Source: Candidatus Nanohaloarchaea archaeon (GTDB taxonomy: Archaea; Nanohalarchaeota; Nanosalinia; Nanosalinales; Nanosalinaceae). Taken from it: DNA of 50,987 nt. The position numbers and the translations under genes are program-made. The notes under the pieces were generated by a model, which was given only the letters and a program-made list of their open reading frames with translations, had not been told where the DNA came from and searched no databases. Position 1 is the stretch's first letter. Every line of letters begins with the position of its first letter. The DNA lies in NCBI GenBank assembly GCA_046497485.1, contig JAWOFP010000006.1, positions 1 to 50,987 of the forward strand. The letters are read 5' to 3'. Of the stretch, positions 8,602 to 17,322 are shown in pieces.

Positions 8602-9750
8602 ATGAGTTATGGAAAACTAGCAAAAGGAATGACTGAGAATGAGGCCCGGAAGAGAATTCAACAGGTAATGCCCGCCAGAATAGAAAAGAAAAACTTCCAG
8701 GCCTACACCGAATCCACCTTCATAGGAAGCCACAACTATCCGGACATATCTTCAGGAGTGCTTTCTCCTTCACACCCTGGAAATCCCGAGATGATGGATA
8801 ACCCCAAGGCCTGGTACAAAAAAGGCCTGAATATAGAAAAAATCGCTTCATTGAGGACTTCATTGATTAACTCCAAGTCTATGAATCAATCGATGGAGCA
8901 GAAAGAGATTGCGATGGCTCGTAAACCTGTAAATGTAGAGATTGAGCTCGATAAAAAGCCGTCAAATACTGGGATTGCTGGAAGAGTGAAGCCTGTATCC
9001 AGTTCAGCCGATATGAAAGAGTTAAACCTAGGTGAAAATCCTTCAGTCAATAGAAAAATCGAGAAAGCATTCTACGACACAGATCTGAAAGCTGAGAAAG
9101 CAGTCAAAGAACTGACAGGAGATACAGATGTCTACAAGGTCCAAAACGCATTTTCCTCAGGCCTACTGGGAGAAAAAGAGAATAGAAAAATTGTTCCGAC
9201 CCGCTGGAGCATTACTGCTGTCGATGACCAGGCCTCAAAAAATATCCGTGAAAGAGTTAAAGGTTATCAGGAAATTGGAGAGACTCGTTACTTCAAGAAT
9301 TCTTATCTTGGAAACGACTTCCATATTTTCATTATGCCGGGCAGATGGGAGTATGAATTAATGGAGATCAAAAGGCCTAACTCGACTTGGAACGCTTCCA
9401 AAAGAACATTTATCGCCCAGGATTATGAGCCGTTTAATGGTAGAACCAGTTATGCAAACGAGTGTGCAGGAGCGTATTATGCTGCCAGGCTTGGAGCGCT
9501 TGAGTATCTTGATAGGATTAATCGTCAAGGTAAAGTACTTATTTTGAGAGATGTTAAGCCTGATTATTGGGCTCCGCTTGGAGTATGGATTATTAGAGAG
9601 ACGGTTAGAAATGGTTTTAATTCCTATACAGCCTTGGAAGAAAAAGGTATCAAAGATATTGTGGCTGAGAACTTCCGGTTTCAGTATTCTAACATTTTGA
9701 ATAGGAGTAAGTTGTTAGGCGATAGACAGACTTCTCTTAACAGTTACTGA
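8602..9750 (+). CDS. nreA: Nre-family DNA repair protein
   Basis: FIGSHNYP, IVPTRWSITAVD, GAYYAARL, PLGVWIIRETVR motifs; C-terminal PIP-like QTSLNSY. Confidence 0.9.
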   Translation: MSYGKLAKGMTENEARKRIQQVMPARIEKKNFQAYTESTFIGSHNYPDISSGVLSPSHPGNPEMMDNPKAWYKKGLNIEKIASLRTSLINSKSMNQSMEQKEIAMARKPVNVEIELDKKPSNTGIAGRVKPVSSSADMKELNLGENPSVNRKIEKAFYDTDLKAEKAVKELTGDTDVYKVQNAFSSGLLGEKENRKIVPTRWSITAVDDQASKNIRERVKGYQEIGETRYFKNSYLGNDFHIFIMPGRWEYELMEIKRPNSTWNASKRTFIAQDYEPFNGRTSYANECAGAYYAARLGALEYLDRINRQGKVLILRDVKPDYWAPLGVWIIRETVRNGFNSYTALEEKGIKDIVAENFRFQYSNILNRSKLLGDRQTSLNSY

Positions 9751-10709
9751 ACCAAGTCCTCATACATATTCAAAGTATAACTGTAGAGGTAGACTCTGAC
9801 TGGTACAGCAATGTAAAGTAATAGCCCGATTACTATTATTACATAGATTATTCCTACTGGAATCGCTAGCCAAGGAACTACAAGGGCTAGGAGGAATCCT
9901 ACTATAATGAATGGAACTGCTAGAATTAGCAGGCCTAAAACCACTCCAGTTAAGACTCCTATACCTATTACTAGGCCTATTACAAATTTCATCAACCAGA
10001 ACAGTAAGACTTCTCTAGTATCGGTTCTAAGTACTTCAAGGGACTTATTGAGGCCTTCTATAATATTTTTGTCGTTGTAAACCATTTCTGGAAGGGCTAT
10101 ATTCAATGCAAGCCAATTGAAACCTGCCAGAATTACGAATATGATAATTACTACTGGAACTACTACTATTAGAGACCATAATATGACTGCTACCGGTAAA
10201 GCCGCTACAATTATTGTTAGCAACATAAGTAGCGCCATACCGATATTGAATGTCATGAACTGTAAGCCTTCAGTTAAATATTCTCTGTAATATCCTATCT
10301 TAGGTTCTTTCTCCTTTACTGAACGGTACATCACGAACTCGAAGACTGATGTGATGTAGATTAGGAATAAAATGAGGCCTGAAACCAGTACTAAGAGTAA
10401 AAGAAATAGAGGGCCGAATGAGGCTGACTGTGTTGCTTCACCGACAAAATTATTTACGCCTAAGTTATCTGTCAAAGGATTCTGGATAGAAGTTTCCGGA
10501 ACTGAAGTCTGTGAAGTTGTTCCATCATCCCAGTCTGAGCCAGTCCCCAGATCTCCAGGGAACGGCATTGAAGGGAATCCTAAAGTGAAATGACCTGTTA
10601 AAAGTATAATTACTGCGAAAAGCGTCCAAACTCTGAGATCAAAAGGCAGTAGAATATCCTTGGTATCCTGCAATGCCTCCTCAACATTGTCAAATGCAAG
10701 CCATCCCAT
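9744..10709 (-). CDS. Multi-pass membrane protein of unknown function
   Basis: 321 aa with several long hydrophobic segments. Confidence 0.75.
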   Translation of the reverse strand: MGWLAFDNVEEALQDTKDILLPFDLRVWTLFAVIILLTGHFTLGFPSMPFPGDLGTGSDWDDGTTSQTSVPETSIQNPLTDNLGVNNFVGEATQSASFGPLFLLLLVLVSGLILFLIYITSVFEFVMYRSVKEKEPKIGYYREYLTEGLQFMTFNIGMALLMLLTIIVAALPVAVILWSLIVVVPVVIIIFVILAGFNWLALNIALPEMVYNDKNIIEGLNKSLEVLRTDTREVLLFWLMKFVIGLVIGIGVLTGVVLGLLILAVPFIIVGFLLALVVPWLAIPVGIIYVIIVIGLLLYIAVPVRVYLYSYTLNMYEDLVQ

Positions 10710-10791
10710 AACAATAGATTAGTTGGAAGTTCTTAATAACTTTTTGAATCCTTCAACTGGTTTAAAAATCTCTGATACCGGAAATATTTTT

Positions 10792-12591
10792 ATGGAGATC
10801 TTCCCTTTCCCAGAGAAAAGACCTAAACAGGAAGAACTGATGAAGAAATTCGAGGAAACAATTGAAGATAACACATCTCTTGTAGCACACGCCCCCACAG
10901 GCCTGGGAAAGACTGCAGCGACCGTTACACCTGCGTTGGAGAAGACTTTAGAGGAGGATGGAACAGTGTTTTTCCTTACTCCTAGACATTCTCAGCACGA
11001 AATTGCATTGGAAACTGTCAAGAAAATCAATGATAGGCATTCGGAAAATATTATTTCGGTAGATTTAATTGGAAAAGACCATCTATGTGAGGCGGATGGA
11101 GTGACCAGAGATGGGCCTTCATGTCCGCGCCACGATGAGACATTTGATGGGAAAGAACTGTCTAAAAAGGCCTGGAAGAAGATCCATGACCTGAAGCATC
11201 AGAATCTCCGGGCAGAAGAACTGAAGAAGAGATGTCAGGATGTCTGTGCCTACACAGTCTCACTTTACATGTGTCAGGAAGCAGATATCGTAATCGCAGA
11301 TTACTTCCACATATTCCATCCGGCGATCAGAGAAATGATTCTAGAGAAAAGCAAGGCCTCAATCGAAGACTCTATTTTAATAGTTGATGAGGCTCATAAT
11401 CTTCCTTCAAGAACCAGATCCCTCTTCTCATATACTGTTTCCCAGGAACTGGTTGATAACTGTATTACAGAAGCCGAAAAGTTCGGTTACTACCAGGAGC
11501 AAGAATATTTTGAGCAGTTAAGAAATGAGATTCAGAGACTGGCAAGAGACAAGCTCGACCAGAAAGATCATCAGTCAGAAGTAGAAAAAAAGGACTTGAA
11601 AGACCCAATTGACAACTTTCACAGCTTTGAGGAAATGATTGTAGACCTTGAAGCAATAGGCGAAGAAGTACAGGAGGAAGAAGAGAAAAGTTACTGCGCT
11701 AAACTAGCTGAATCGCTGGAAGGCTGGAAAGGAGAGGACGAAGGATTCTTCAGATACATTGAAAGAAACAGGCAGGGATCAGATAGAACAATCAGAATAA
11801 AATATACCTGCCTTGATCCGAGCATATCAACTTCAGCGCCTCTAAATGATTCCAAGGCCTCAGTAATGATGTCGGGCACCTTAAAGCCTCAGAAAATGTA
11901 CATCGATCTTCTAGGCCTCGAAGACGCGAATACTATAGAATTTAAATCACCTTTCCCAGAAAAAAATAAGTTAGAGTTAGCTGTGAATACTTTGACGACT
12001 CGCTACAAGGAAAGAGATCAGTCGATGATTCAGAAATATGTCTGGTATCTTGAGAAAAGCTTAGAGGAAGTAAACGGAAACGCAGCAGTTTTCTTCCCTT
12101 CCTATCAGTTGATGAACCAGATAGGCGAACAGCTGAATGAGAGAACAGATAGACAGGTATTAATGGAGAAGAGGAGAAACTCCAAAGAAGACAACCAAAA
12201 ACTACTGGACGAATTCAAGAACGGGAAGGATGGCGTACTTCTTGGAGTAGCTTCAGGAAGCTTTGGCGAAGGAGTAGATTATCCTGGAGAGATGATGAGA
12301 GCAGTCTTTGTTGTAGGCCTTCCATTGAGAAAACCTGATCTGAAGACTGAAGCACTAATCGACTACCTAGATGAAAAATATGGGAAAGGATGGCAGTACG
12401 GATACACTTATCCAGGGATTAATACAGCAGTTCAGGCCGCCGGAAGATGCATTCGCTCCAAAACCGATAAAGGAATAATCTGTTACATGGACAAACGATA
12501 CACTTGGAACAAGTACGGAAAACTCTTGGAGAACAGACCTGAAGAGACTCGCGCACCATGGCAGGAAATAAAGAGATTCCAAGAAGAATAG
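10792..12591 (+). CDS. xpd: XPD/Rad3-family Fe-S DNA helicase
   Basis: APTGLGKT, Fe-S cysteines, DEAH box, SGTL, EGVDYPG, QAAGRCIRS; start moved from TTG 10723 to ATG 10792 (MEIFPFP). Confidence 0.92.
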   Translation: MEIFPFPEKRPKQEELMKKFEETIEDNTSLVAHAPTGLGKTAATVTPALEKTLEEDGTVFFLTPRHSQHEIALETVKKINDRHSENIISVDLIGKDHLCEADGVTRDGPSCPRHDETFDGKELSKKAWKKIHDLKHQNLRAEELKKRCQDVCAYTVSLYMCQEADIVIADYFHIFHPAIREMILEKSKASIEDSILIVDEAHNLPSRTRSLFSYTVSQELVDNCITEAEKFGYYQEQEYFEQLRNEIQRLARDKLDQKDHQSEVEKKDLKDPIDNFHSFEEMIVDLEAIGEEVQEEEEKSYCAKLAESLEGWKGEDEGFFRYIERNRQGSDRTIRIKYTCLDPSISTSAPLNDSKASVMMSGTLKPQKMYIDLLGLEDANTIEFKSPFPEKNKLELAVNTLTTRYKERDQSMIQKYVWYLEKSLEEVNGNAAVFFPSYQLMNQIGEQLNERTDRQVLMEKRRNSKEDNQKLLDEFKNGKDGVLLGVASGSFGEGVDYPGEMMRAVFVVGLPLRKPDLKTEALIDYLDEKYGKGWQYGYTYPGINTAVQAAGRCIRSKTDKGIICYMDKRYTWNKYGKLLENRPEETRAPWQEIKRFQEE

Positions 12592-12626
12592 ATAACTTGA
12601 AAAACTTCAATTAGAAAAACAGATTT

Positions 12627-12851
12627 ATGAACCGTGTTGAAACCGATCCTGAAAAAATGGCTGGTAAGCCTTTAATTAAAGGAACAAGGGTTCCTATATA
12701 CATAATTCTAGATATGCTTGTTGAGGGAAAGAGCTTTGATGATATAATAGAGGCTTACCCTGATTTAGATGAAAAGGATATCAGATCTGCTATAAAGTAT
12801 GCCTCAGAGCGTGTTAAAGGAGAAGAACTCAGAGAGCCTTCGGTGGCATAA
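12627..12851 (+). CDS. DUF433 family antitoxin
   Basis: DPEKMAGKPLIKGTRVPI...I..AYPDL..DI..A..YA signature. Confidence 0.9.
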   Translation: MNRVETDPEKMAGKPLIKGTRVPIYIILDMLVEGKSFDDIIEAYPDLDEKDIRSAIKYASERVKGEELREPSVA

Positions 12852-13187
12852 GTGAAGCTTCTAATCGATGAAAATATTTCTCCCATTGTCGAGGAAAAAT
12901 TACCTGAGCACGATATTAAACTTGTCAGAGACCAGAATTTGGGTGCTTCCGATAAAAAAGTCGTAGAAATTGCAGAGGAAGAAAATAGAGTAATATTGAC
13001 TCAGGACGATGATTTCGGACGGATCTACTACTTCTCAAATCCAGAAATTAGGATACTGGTAATCAAACCTGAGAAACAGGAAAATTCCGAGATCACAGAT
13101 TTAATTCAGAAAGGCCTGAAAGAAATTAAAGATGAAAATAAAGGATTGTTCATAGTATCAAAAGATAAGGTGAGAGTAAGAAAATGA
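12852..13187 (+). CDS. DUF5615 PIN-like toxin
   Basis: KLLIDENIS, GASDKKV, RVILTQDDDFG motifs; abuts DUF433 gene. Confidence 0.88.
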   Translation: MKLLIDENISPIVEEKLPEHDIKLVRDQNLGASDKKVVEIAEEENRVILTQDDDFGRIYYFSNPEIRILVIKPEKQENSEITDLIQKGLKEIKDENKGLFIVSKDKVRVRK

Positions 13188-13573
13188 GTAAAGTAATGGC
13201 TCAAGGAGTATTCGATCTTTTGCATCCAGGACATCTACATTATCTTAGGGAGTCGAAAAATCTAGGTGAAGAACTTGTAGTAGTTATCGCCAGAGACTCA
13301 AGGATAGAGAAGAATCTATACTTTAATGAGGAAGAACGAAGAGAAATGGTTCAGGCCTTGGAGATGGTAGATCAGGCATTACTCGGATCTGAAGAGTCAA
13401 TCTATGACACCGTTGAGAAAGTCAGCCCTGATATAATTACATTGGGCTACGATCAGCCATTCGAAACAGAGGAAGTAACATCGATGGCCGAAGAAGCCCT
13501 AAATAAAGATGTAGAAGTCACAAGAATTGGAGAAAAATCAGATTACTCATCTTCAGACATTAGAAGCCACTGA
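13184..13573 (+). CDS. ribL: FAD synthase (cytidylyltransferase superfamily)
   Basis: GVFDLLHPGHLHYL, VVIARD, PDIITLGYDQ, SSSDI motifs. Confidence 0.85.
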   Translation: MSKVMAQGVFDLLHPGHLHYLRESKNLGEELVVVIARDSRIEKNLYFNEEERREMVQALEMVDQALLGSEESIYDTVEKVSPDIITLGYDQPFETEEVTSMAEEALNKDVEVTRIGEKSDYSSSDIRSH

Positions 13574-13579
13574 TAATAT

Positions 13580-14224
13580 CTACTTAACCTTGATTACTAG
13601 ATGATCTTTCTCATAAGGTTCTAACTCAACTTCATCGACTATCTCATACTCTTCAGAAATTTTATGTTTGACTCCTTCAAATATTTCCTCTTTAGGCCTA
13701 GAATCCGAGATTGAACGAGCTTTAATCGCTAGAAGGCCTACTCCGTCTTCTTTCAAGTATTTTCGACAGTTTTTAAGAAAAATTTCAGCTTGATCTTGCT
13801 GAGAGATATCCTGGAAAACATAATCGTATTTATCCAGATACTTTTCATATTCTTCAGGGTTCCGAGCATTCCCTAAGACAGGAGCAATATTATTTCTTCT
13901 TTCAGCTAGACTGACAAGATTTTTAATCACAGTATCAGAATACTCAACTCCTACAACAAAGCCATCATCCAAAATATCAGAGAAGTGTGATACTGTGGTC
14001 CCTGAAGCCGCTCCAAGATATAACACATTCATTTCAGGCCTCAACTCTATATCCATTCCATTCTGTATAGCTGCACCAACCTTGCTTCTCTTCTCCACCC
14101 ATCTACGGTACTCAGTTCCATCTACTTCAACAAGATTCTCTCCGTAGACAGTATTTCCAGGATTAGAGTTCTCCGTGAAAATATAGGAATCATGACTGTA
14201 AATATTAGGCTGGACCTCTTTCAT
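13580..14224 (-). CDS. flpA: Fibrillarin-like rRNA/tRNA 2'-O-methyltransferase
   Basis: VYGE, RSKVGAAI, VLYLGAASGTTVSH, IKARSI, LEPYEKDH motifs. Confidence 0.96.
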   Translation of the reverse strand: MKEVQPNIYSHDSYIFTENSNPGNTVYGENLVEVDGTEYRRWVEKRSKVGAAIQNGMDIELRPEMNVLYLGAASGTTVSHFSDILDDGFVVGVEYSDTVIKNLVSLAERRNNIAPVLGNARNPEEYEKYLDKYDYVFQDISQQDQAEIFLKNCRKYLKEDGVGLLAIKARSISDSRPKEEIFEGVKHKISEEYEIVDEVELEPYEKDHLVIKVK

Positions 14225-14263
14225 AGAAACTTAATTAATAGTCAACTTAATTAGTTAATTTGT

Positions 14264-14668
14264 ATGAGCATGCACTATACTGTTGGCGCAAATGTAATTC
14301 TGAAGAATGACCAAGTTCTGTTAGTGCAAGAAGGAATAGACCATGCCAAAGGAGAATGGAATCTTCCAGCCGGAGGCGTTGAGCCTCATGAGAGTTTGAA
14401 GGATGCAGCAAAGAGAGAAGCAAAAGAAGAAACAAATCTAATCGTAGACTCTGTAGAGCAAGTTAAAACTTATAAGAAATACAATCAAAGAACGGATAGC
14501 CCTGTCTCTATTACAGTCTATAAATCAGAGATAAAGTCAGGGAAAGCAGAGACTCCTGACTCAGACGAAATAATGAATGTAAAATACTTTGATATTAATG
14601 AGCTTGAGAATATAGATCTGAGAGCCGATTACATACTTACGGCTCTAAGAGATATGAACCTCCTCTAG
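14264..14668 (+). CDS. Nudix hydrolase
   Basis: Nudix box GGVEPHESLKDAAKREAKEETNL. Confidence 0.9.
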   Translation: MSMHYTVGANVILKNDQVLLVQEGIDHAKGEWNLPAGGVEPHESLKDAAKREAKEETNLIVDSVEQVKTYKKYNQRTDSPVSITVYKSEIKSGKAETPDSDEIMNVKYFDINELENIDLRADYILTALRDMNLL

Positions 14669-15411
14669 GCCTCTTTAAGCTCTTCAAATTTTTCACGGGC
14701 TTCTTCCTTTAATTCTGCGCCGTTATCTTTGTCGCTGTATGCATCTAGCCTTGCAGCCATTACTGCTTTGTTGGCGATAAATCTCGCCATTTTTCCTCGT
14801 GGCTTGCTTGGTAGAGGCCTGACAAATTCGTGTTCGAAGATTATTCCGTGCTTTGGAGGAGTTCCATTACCTCTCAGGTATCTGAAAAGGGCTTCCTCTG
14901 CTCCAATCATTTGAACTGTTGAAGCCGGTTTCTTAGCTAGTTCATCTAGGCTTCCAACTGATGCGATCATTTTAGCTGTCAGGAAGGTTCCTAGAAGCTT
15001 TGTGAGATTCGGCATCTCTTCCTTAACTACTTCAGTAATATAACTTTCAAGCTCTTCTCTCAGCTCTAAGTCCGACTCAAGGTTATCAACTACAGATTCC
15101 AGTAAGGCCTGTTCCTTTTCCCCTATTTCAGCGCCGGTAGATTTCTCAGCTAATTCAGAGAAAGAATCAAGATCATTTCTATCAACTGAATCTTTGAGAA
15201 TCTTTGTCAAATGCTCGATATCATTTACTTCGTCCACAAGCTCCGGAAAATGGAGTGAGTACCAGTCCTTGAATCTCTCATCTTTTTCTTTAATTGAGGC
15301 CTCGACATTGTCCAACATCTTGACAGCTTTTACAAGATGCTTCTCCCTGTCTTCCTCAGCCAGTTCTTCACGAGTCTCATCCAATGCTTCTTCAACTATA
15401 TCATTCGGCAT
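14665..15411 (-). CDS. nop5: C/D box RNP core protein Nop5
   Basis: WYSLHFPEL, PASTVQMIGAEEALF, PPKHGIIF, RGKMAR motifs. Confidence 0.93.
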   Translation of the reverse strand: MPNDIVEEALDETREELAEEDREKHLVKAVKMLDNVEASIKEKDERFKDWYSLHFPELVDEVNDIEHLTKILKDSVDRNDLDSFSELAEKSTGAEIGEKEQALLESVVDNLESDLELREELESYITEVVKEEMPNLTKLLGTFLTAKMIASVGSLDELAKKPASTVQMIGAEEALFRYLRGNGTPPKHGIIFEHEFVRPLPSKPRGKMARFIANKAVMAARLDAYSDKDNGAELKEEAREKFEELKEA

Positions 15412-15784
15412 CTACATCAAGCCCCATCATTCTAATCTTCTTCTCAACTTGTTCAACTTTTCGATTAAGGCCTGAAGCAATATTCTTCGTATCTGTAGTC
15501 CCAAAGCTTTCGAGAATATATCTTTCTTCCGTCCGTGAGAAAGGCTTCCAATCCGCACTTGTATCAAACTCATCACCAAGCATGAACTCCTCAAGCTCCT
15601 CGTTACTTAACTCAGTCCGGTTATTCTTCAGGAACTCGATTTCTCCTTTACTCCATTCAGTATCATTACCTGTTTCATTCTTATTCAAGGCCTTTTTCTC
15701 CATCTTCTCCTTATGAGTCATCTGCTCATCCAAGACTTTCTTGGCCTCATCAACCAGTTCATCCTTAATTTCCTCACGCTTCAT
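15401..15784 (-). CDS. Hypothetical protein with two Myb/SANT-like helix-turn-helix repeats
   Basis: WSKGEIEFLKNN and FSRTEERYILE...IASGLNRKVEQVEKK...GL repeats. Confidence 0.6.
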   Translation of the reverse strand: MKREEIKDELVDEAKKVLDEQMTHKEKMEKKALNKNETGNDTEWSKGEIEFLKNNRTELSNEELEEFMLGDEFDTSADWKPFSRTEERYILESFGTTDTKNIASGLNRKVEQVEKKIRMMGLDVDAE

Positions 15785-15870
15785 ACACTAAAATAGGGCT
15801 CAAAGCTTCAAAAGTCTGATCATCAAAAAATGTATTTAAGAAAATAACCACCTATATCGATTATATCGGA

Positions 15871-15943
15871 GCGGTGTTGGTCCAGTGGCCTAAGACCCCG
15901 GCCTTCCAAGCCGGTGACCCGGGTTCAAATCCCGGACGCCGCA
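15871..15943 (+). tRNA. tRNA-Gly (anticodon TCC), intron-less, CCA not encoded
   Basis: Acceptor GCGGTGT/ACGCCGC, anticodon arm CCGGC-CTTCCAA-GCCGG, T arm CCGGG-TTCAAAT-CCCGG, discriminator A; TATTTAAG box upstream. Confidence 0.97.
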
Positions 15944-15998
15944 TCTTTCATTCTATAGAGCCTAATCAAATATATTTTTTAGGTAGATAATTACTACA

Positions 15999-16304
15999 AT
16001 GGCAGATTACAAGATAGGTAATAAAGTTGCTATTGAGGTTCTAGAAGAGAATATTGTGGAGTGGGCGGAAAATGAAGATTTAGGCTTCGAAATGTATGTT
16101 AGAAATTTAATGGGTTGCCATTTGGAAGAAAATTCTGCAAGTAAAGTGAGTTATGATATACAGAAAATTGGCTCTACTCTACACGATGAAGATATAGAAC
16201 GAAAAACTGCTGACGAAATATTTGATCGTATTATCAATGCAGATCCTAGAGATGATGACAAAATTTTTGGTTTAGAGCCTGAACGCGCCCAGATACAGTA
16301 CTAA
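15999..16304 (+). CDS. Hypothetical acidic protein
   Basis: 101-aa ORF, AT-rich, no recognisable motif. Confidence 0.6.
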   Translation: MADYKIGNKVAIEVLEENIVEWAENEDLGFEMYVRNLMGCHLEENSASKVSYDIQKIGSTLHDEDIERKTADEIFDRIINADPRDDDKIFGLEPERAQIQY

Positions 16305-16330
16305 AGCGCCTACAATACTATGCATTAAAC

Positions 16331-16612
16331 CTACCTGTAACTTTCATTTTCTAGGCCTATATCGGCTAAGAATAAGTGTGAGGCTATTTGATGTGAGCAG
16401 ACTTTCCCTTGGAATGGGCATGGACAGAATGTTTCTCCTGTATCAATATCTACTCCGACGGTGTAAGAACCTGAGCCGCCTTCTACCTTGAACTGGTAGC
16501 GGTCATCGGACTGAAGCTCTAACTCTATCTTTCCTTCATCTATGAGTCTTCTGGCTTTCCCCCATTTATGGAGGTTCTCTTTCTTTTCCCGCGACATTTC
16601 CTCTGGATCCAC
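16331..16612 (-). CDS. SWIM zinc-finger protein
   Basis: F.V.G...Y.V...CPCPFQGKVCSH (CxC-x-CxH). Confidence 0.8.
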   Translation of the reverse strand: MDPEEMSREKKENLHKWGKARRLIDEGKIELELQSDDRYQFKVEGGSGSYTVGVDIDTGETFCPCPFQGKVCSHQIASHLFLADIGLENESYR

Positions 16613-16687
16613 AGATAGAATTTGGAGAACCTATTTTTAAGACGAGAAGGGTAAAGGCCTATAACTCCTGCGATTTGATTCAAAGGT

Positions 16688-17290
16688 ATGACAGAGGAAA
16701 AATTTGTACTGGATACCTCGCTTTTCCTAGCGAACCAGATAAGAGAAGATGAGGACAGCTTAAATGAAGCGGTTGAAAGGCTGTTAGATTCTATGAATGA
16801 TTCCAGCCTTGATCTGTATATGCCGCCAACGACTTTTGAAGAATTACTGGATATTCTTGAAGGATCAGTTGAGCCTGAGAATATGAAAGAGTTGAAAACG
16901 ACTATTACTAGAAAAAGTCCTTCCCGTTACGAAGTTGATATTCCTGGCGAGATGCTTTACAGGTTCATCGGAGAGATGAGAGAAAGAGTAGATAAAGGCC
17001 TTAGACTTTCAGAAAAAGCTGTCAGAAAGGATTTAGATGAGATTGATGATCCTGAGCACGAGCATTATACCAAGACCGATGTAGTAGTCTCTAATCTTAG
17101 GGATAATTACAAGGAGAAGATGCGGAAAGGCACCATCGATTCAAAAGAAGACATTGATCTACTGCTTTTAGCTCGAGAAATTGAGGCTTCTATCGTGACA
17201 GAGGACCAGGGAGTTATTAACTGGTGTGAGGACCTCGGTGTGAGCTATATCAAAGGGAGAGATTTCCCGGATTTTCTTGAAAGTCGCTAG
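16688..17290 (+). CDS. HARP, RNA-free ribonuclease P (UPF0278 PIN-like)
   Basis: FVLDTS, RERVDKGLRLSEKAVR, LRDNYKEKMRKGTIDSKEDIDLLLLA, TEDQGV match the Aq_880/UPF0278 pattern. Confidence 0.88.
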   Translation: MTEEKFVLDTSLFLANQIREDEDSLNEAVERLLDSMNDSSLDLYMPPTTFEELLDILEGSVEPENMKELKTTITRKSPSRYEVDIPGEMLYRFIGEMRERVDKGLRLSEKAVRKDLDEIDDPEHEHYTKTDVVVSNLRDNYKEKMRKGTIDSKEDIDLLLLAREIEASIVTEDQGVINWCEDLGVSYIKGRDFPDFLESR

Positions 17291-17322
17291 AGGATAAAAG
17301 AATTCCAGTCAAACACTAGACT

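Noticed and set aside
15853..15868. TATATCG direct repeat upstream of tRNA-Gly
   Set aside because: Two 7-mers in AT-rich promoter DNA; too short to support a claim
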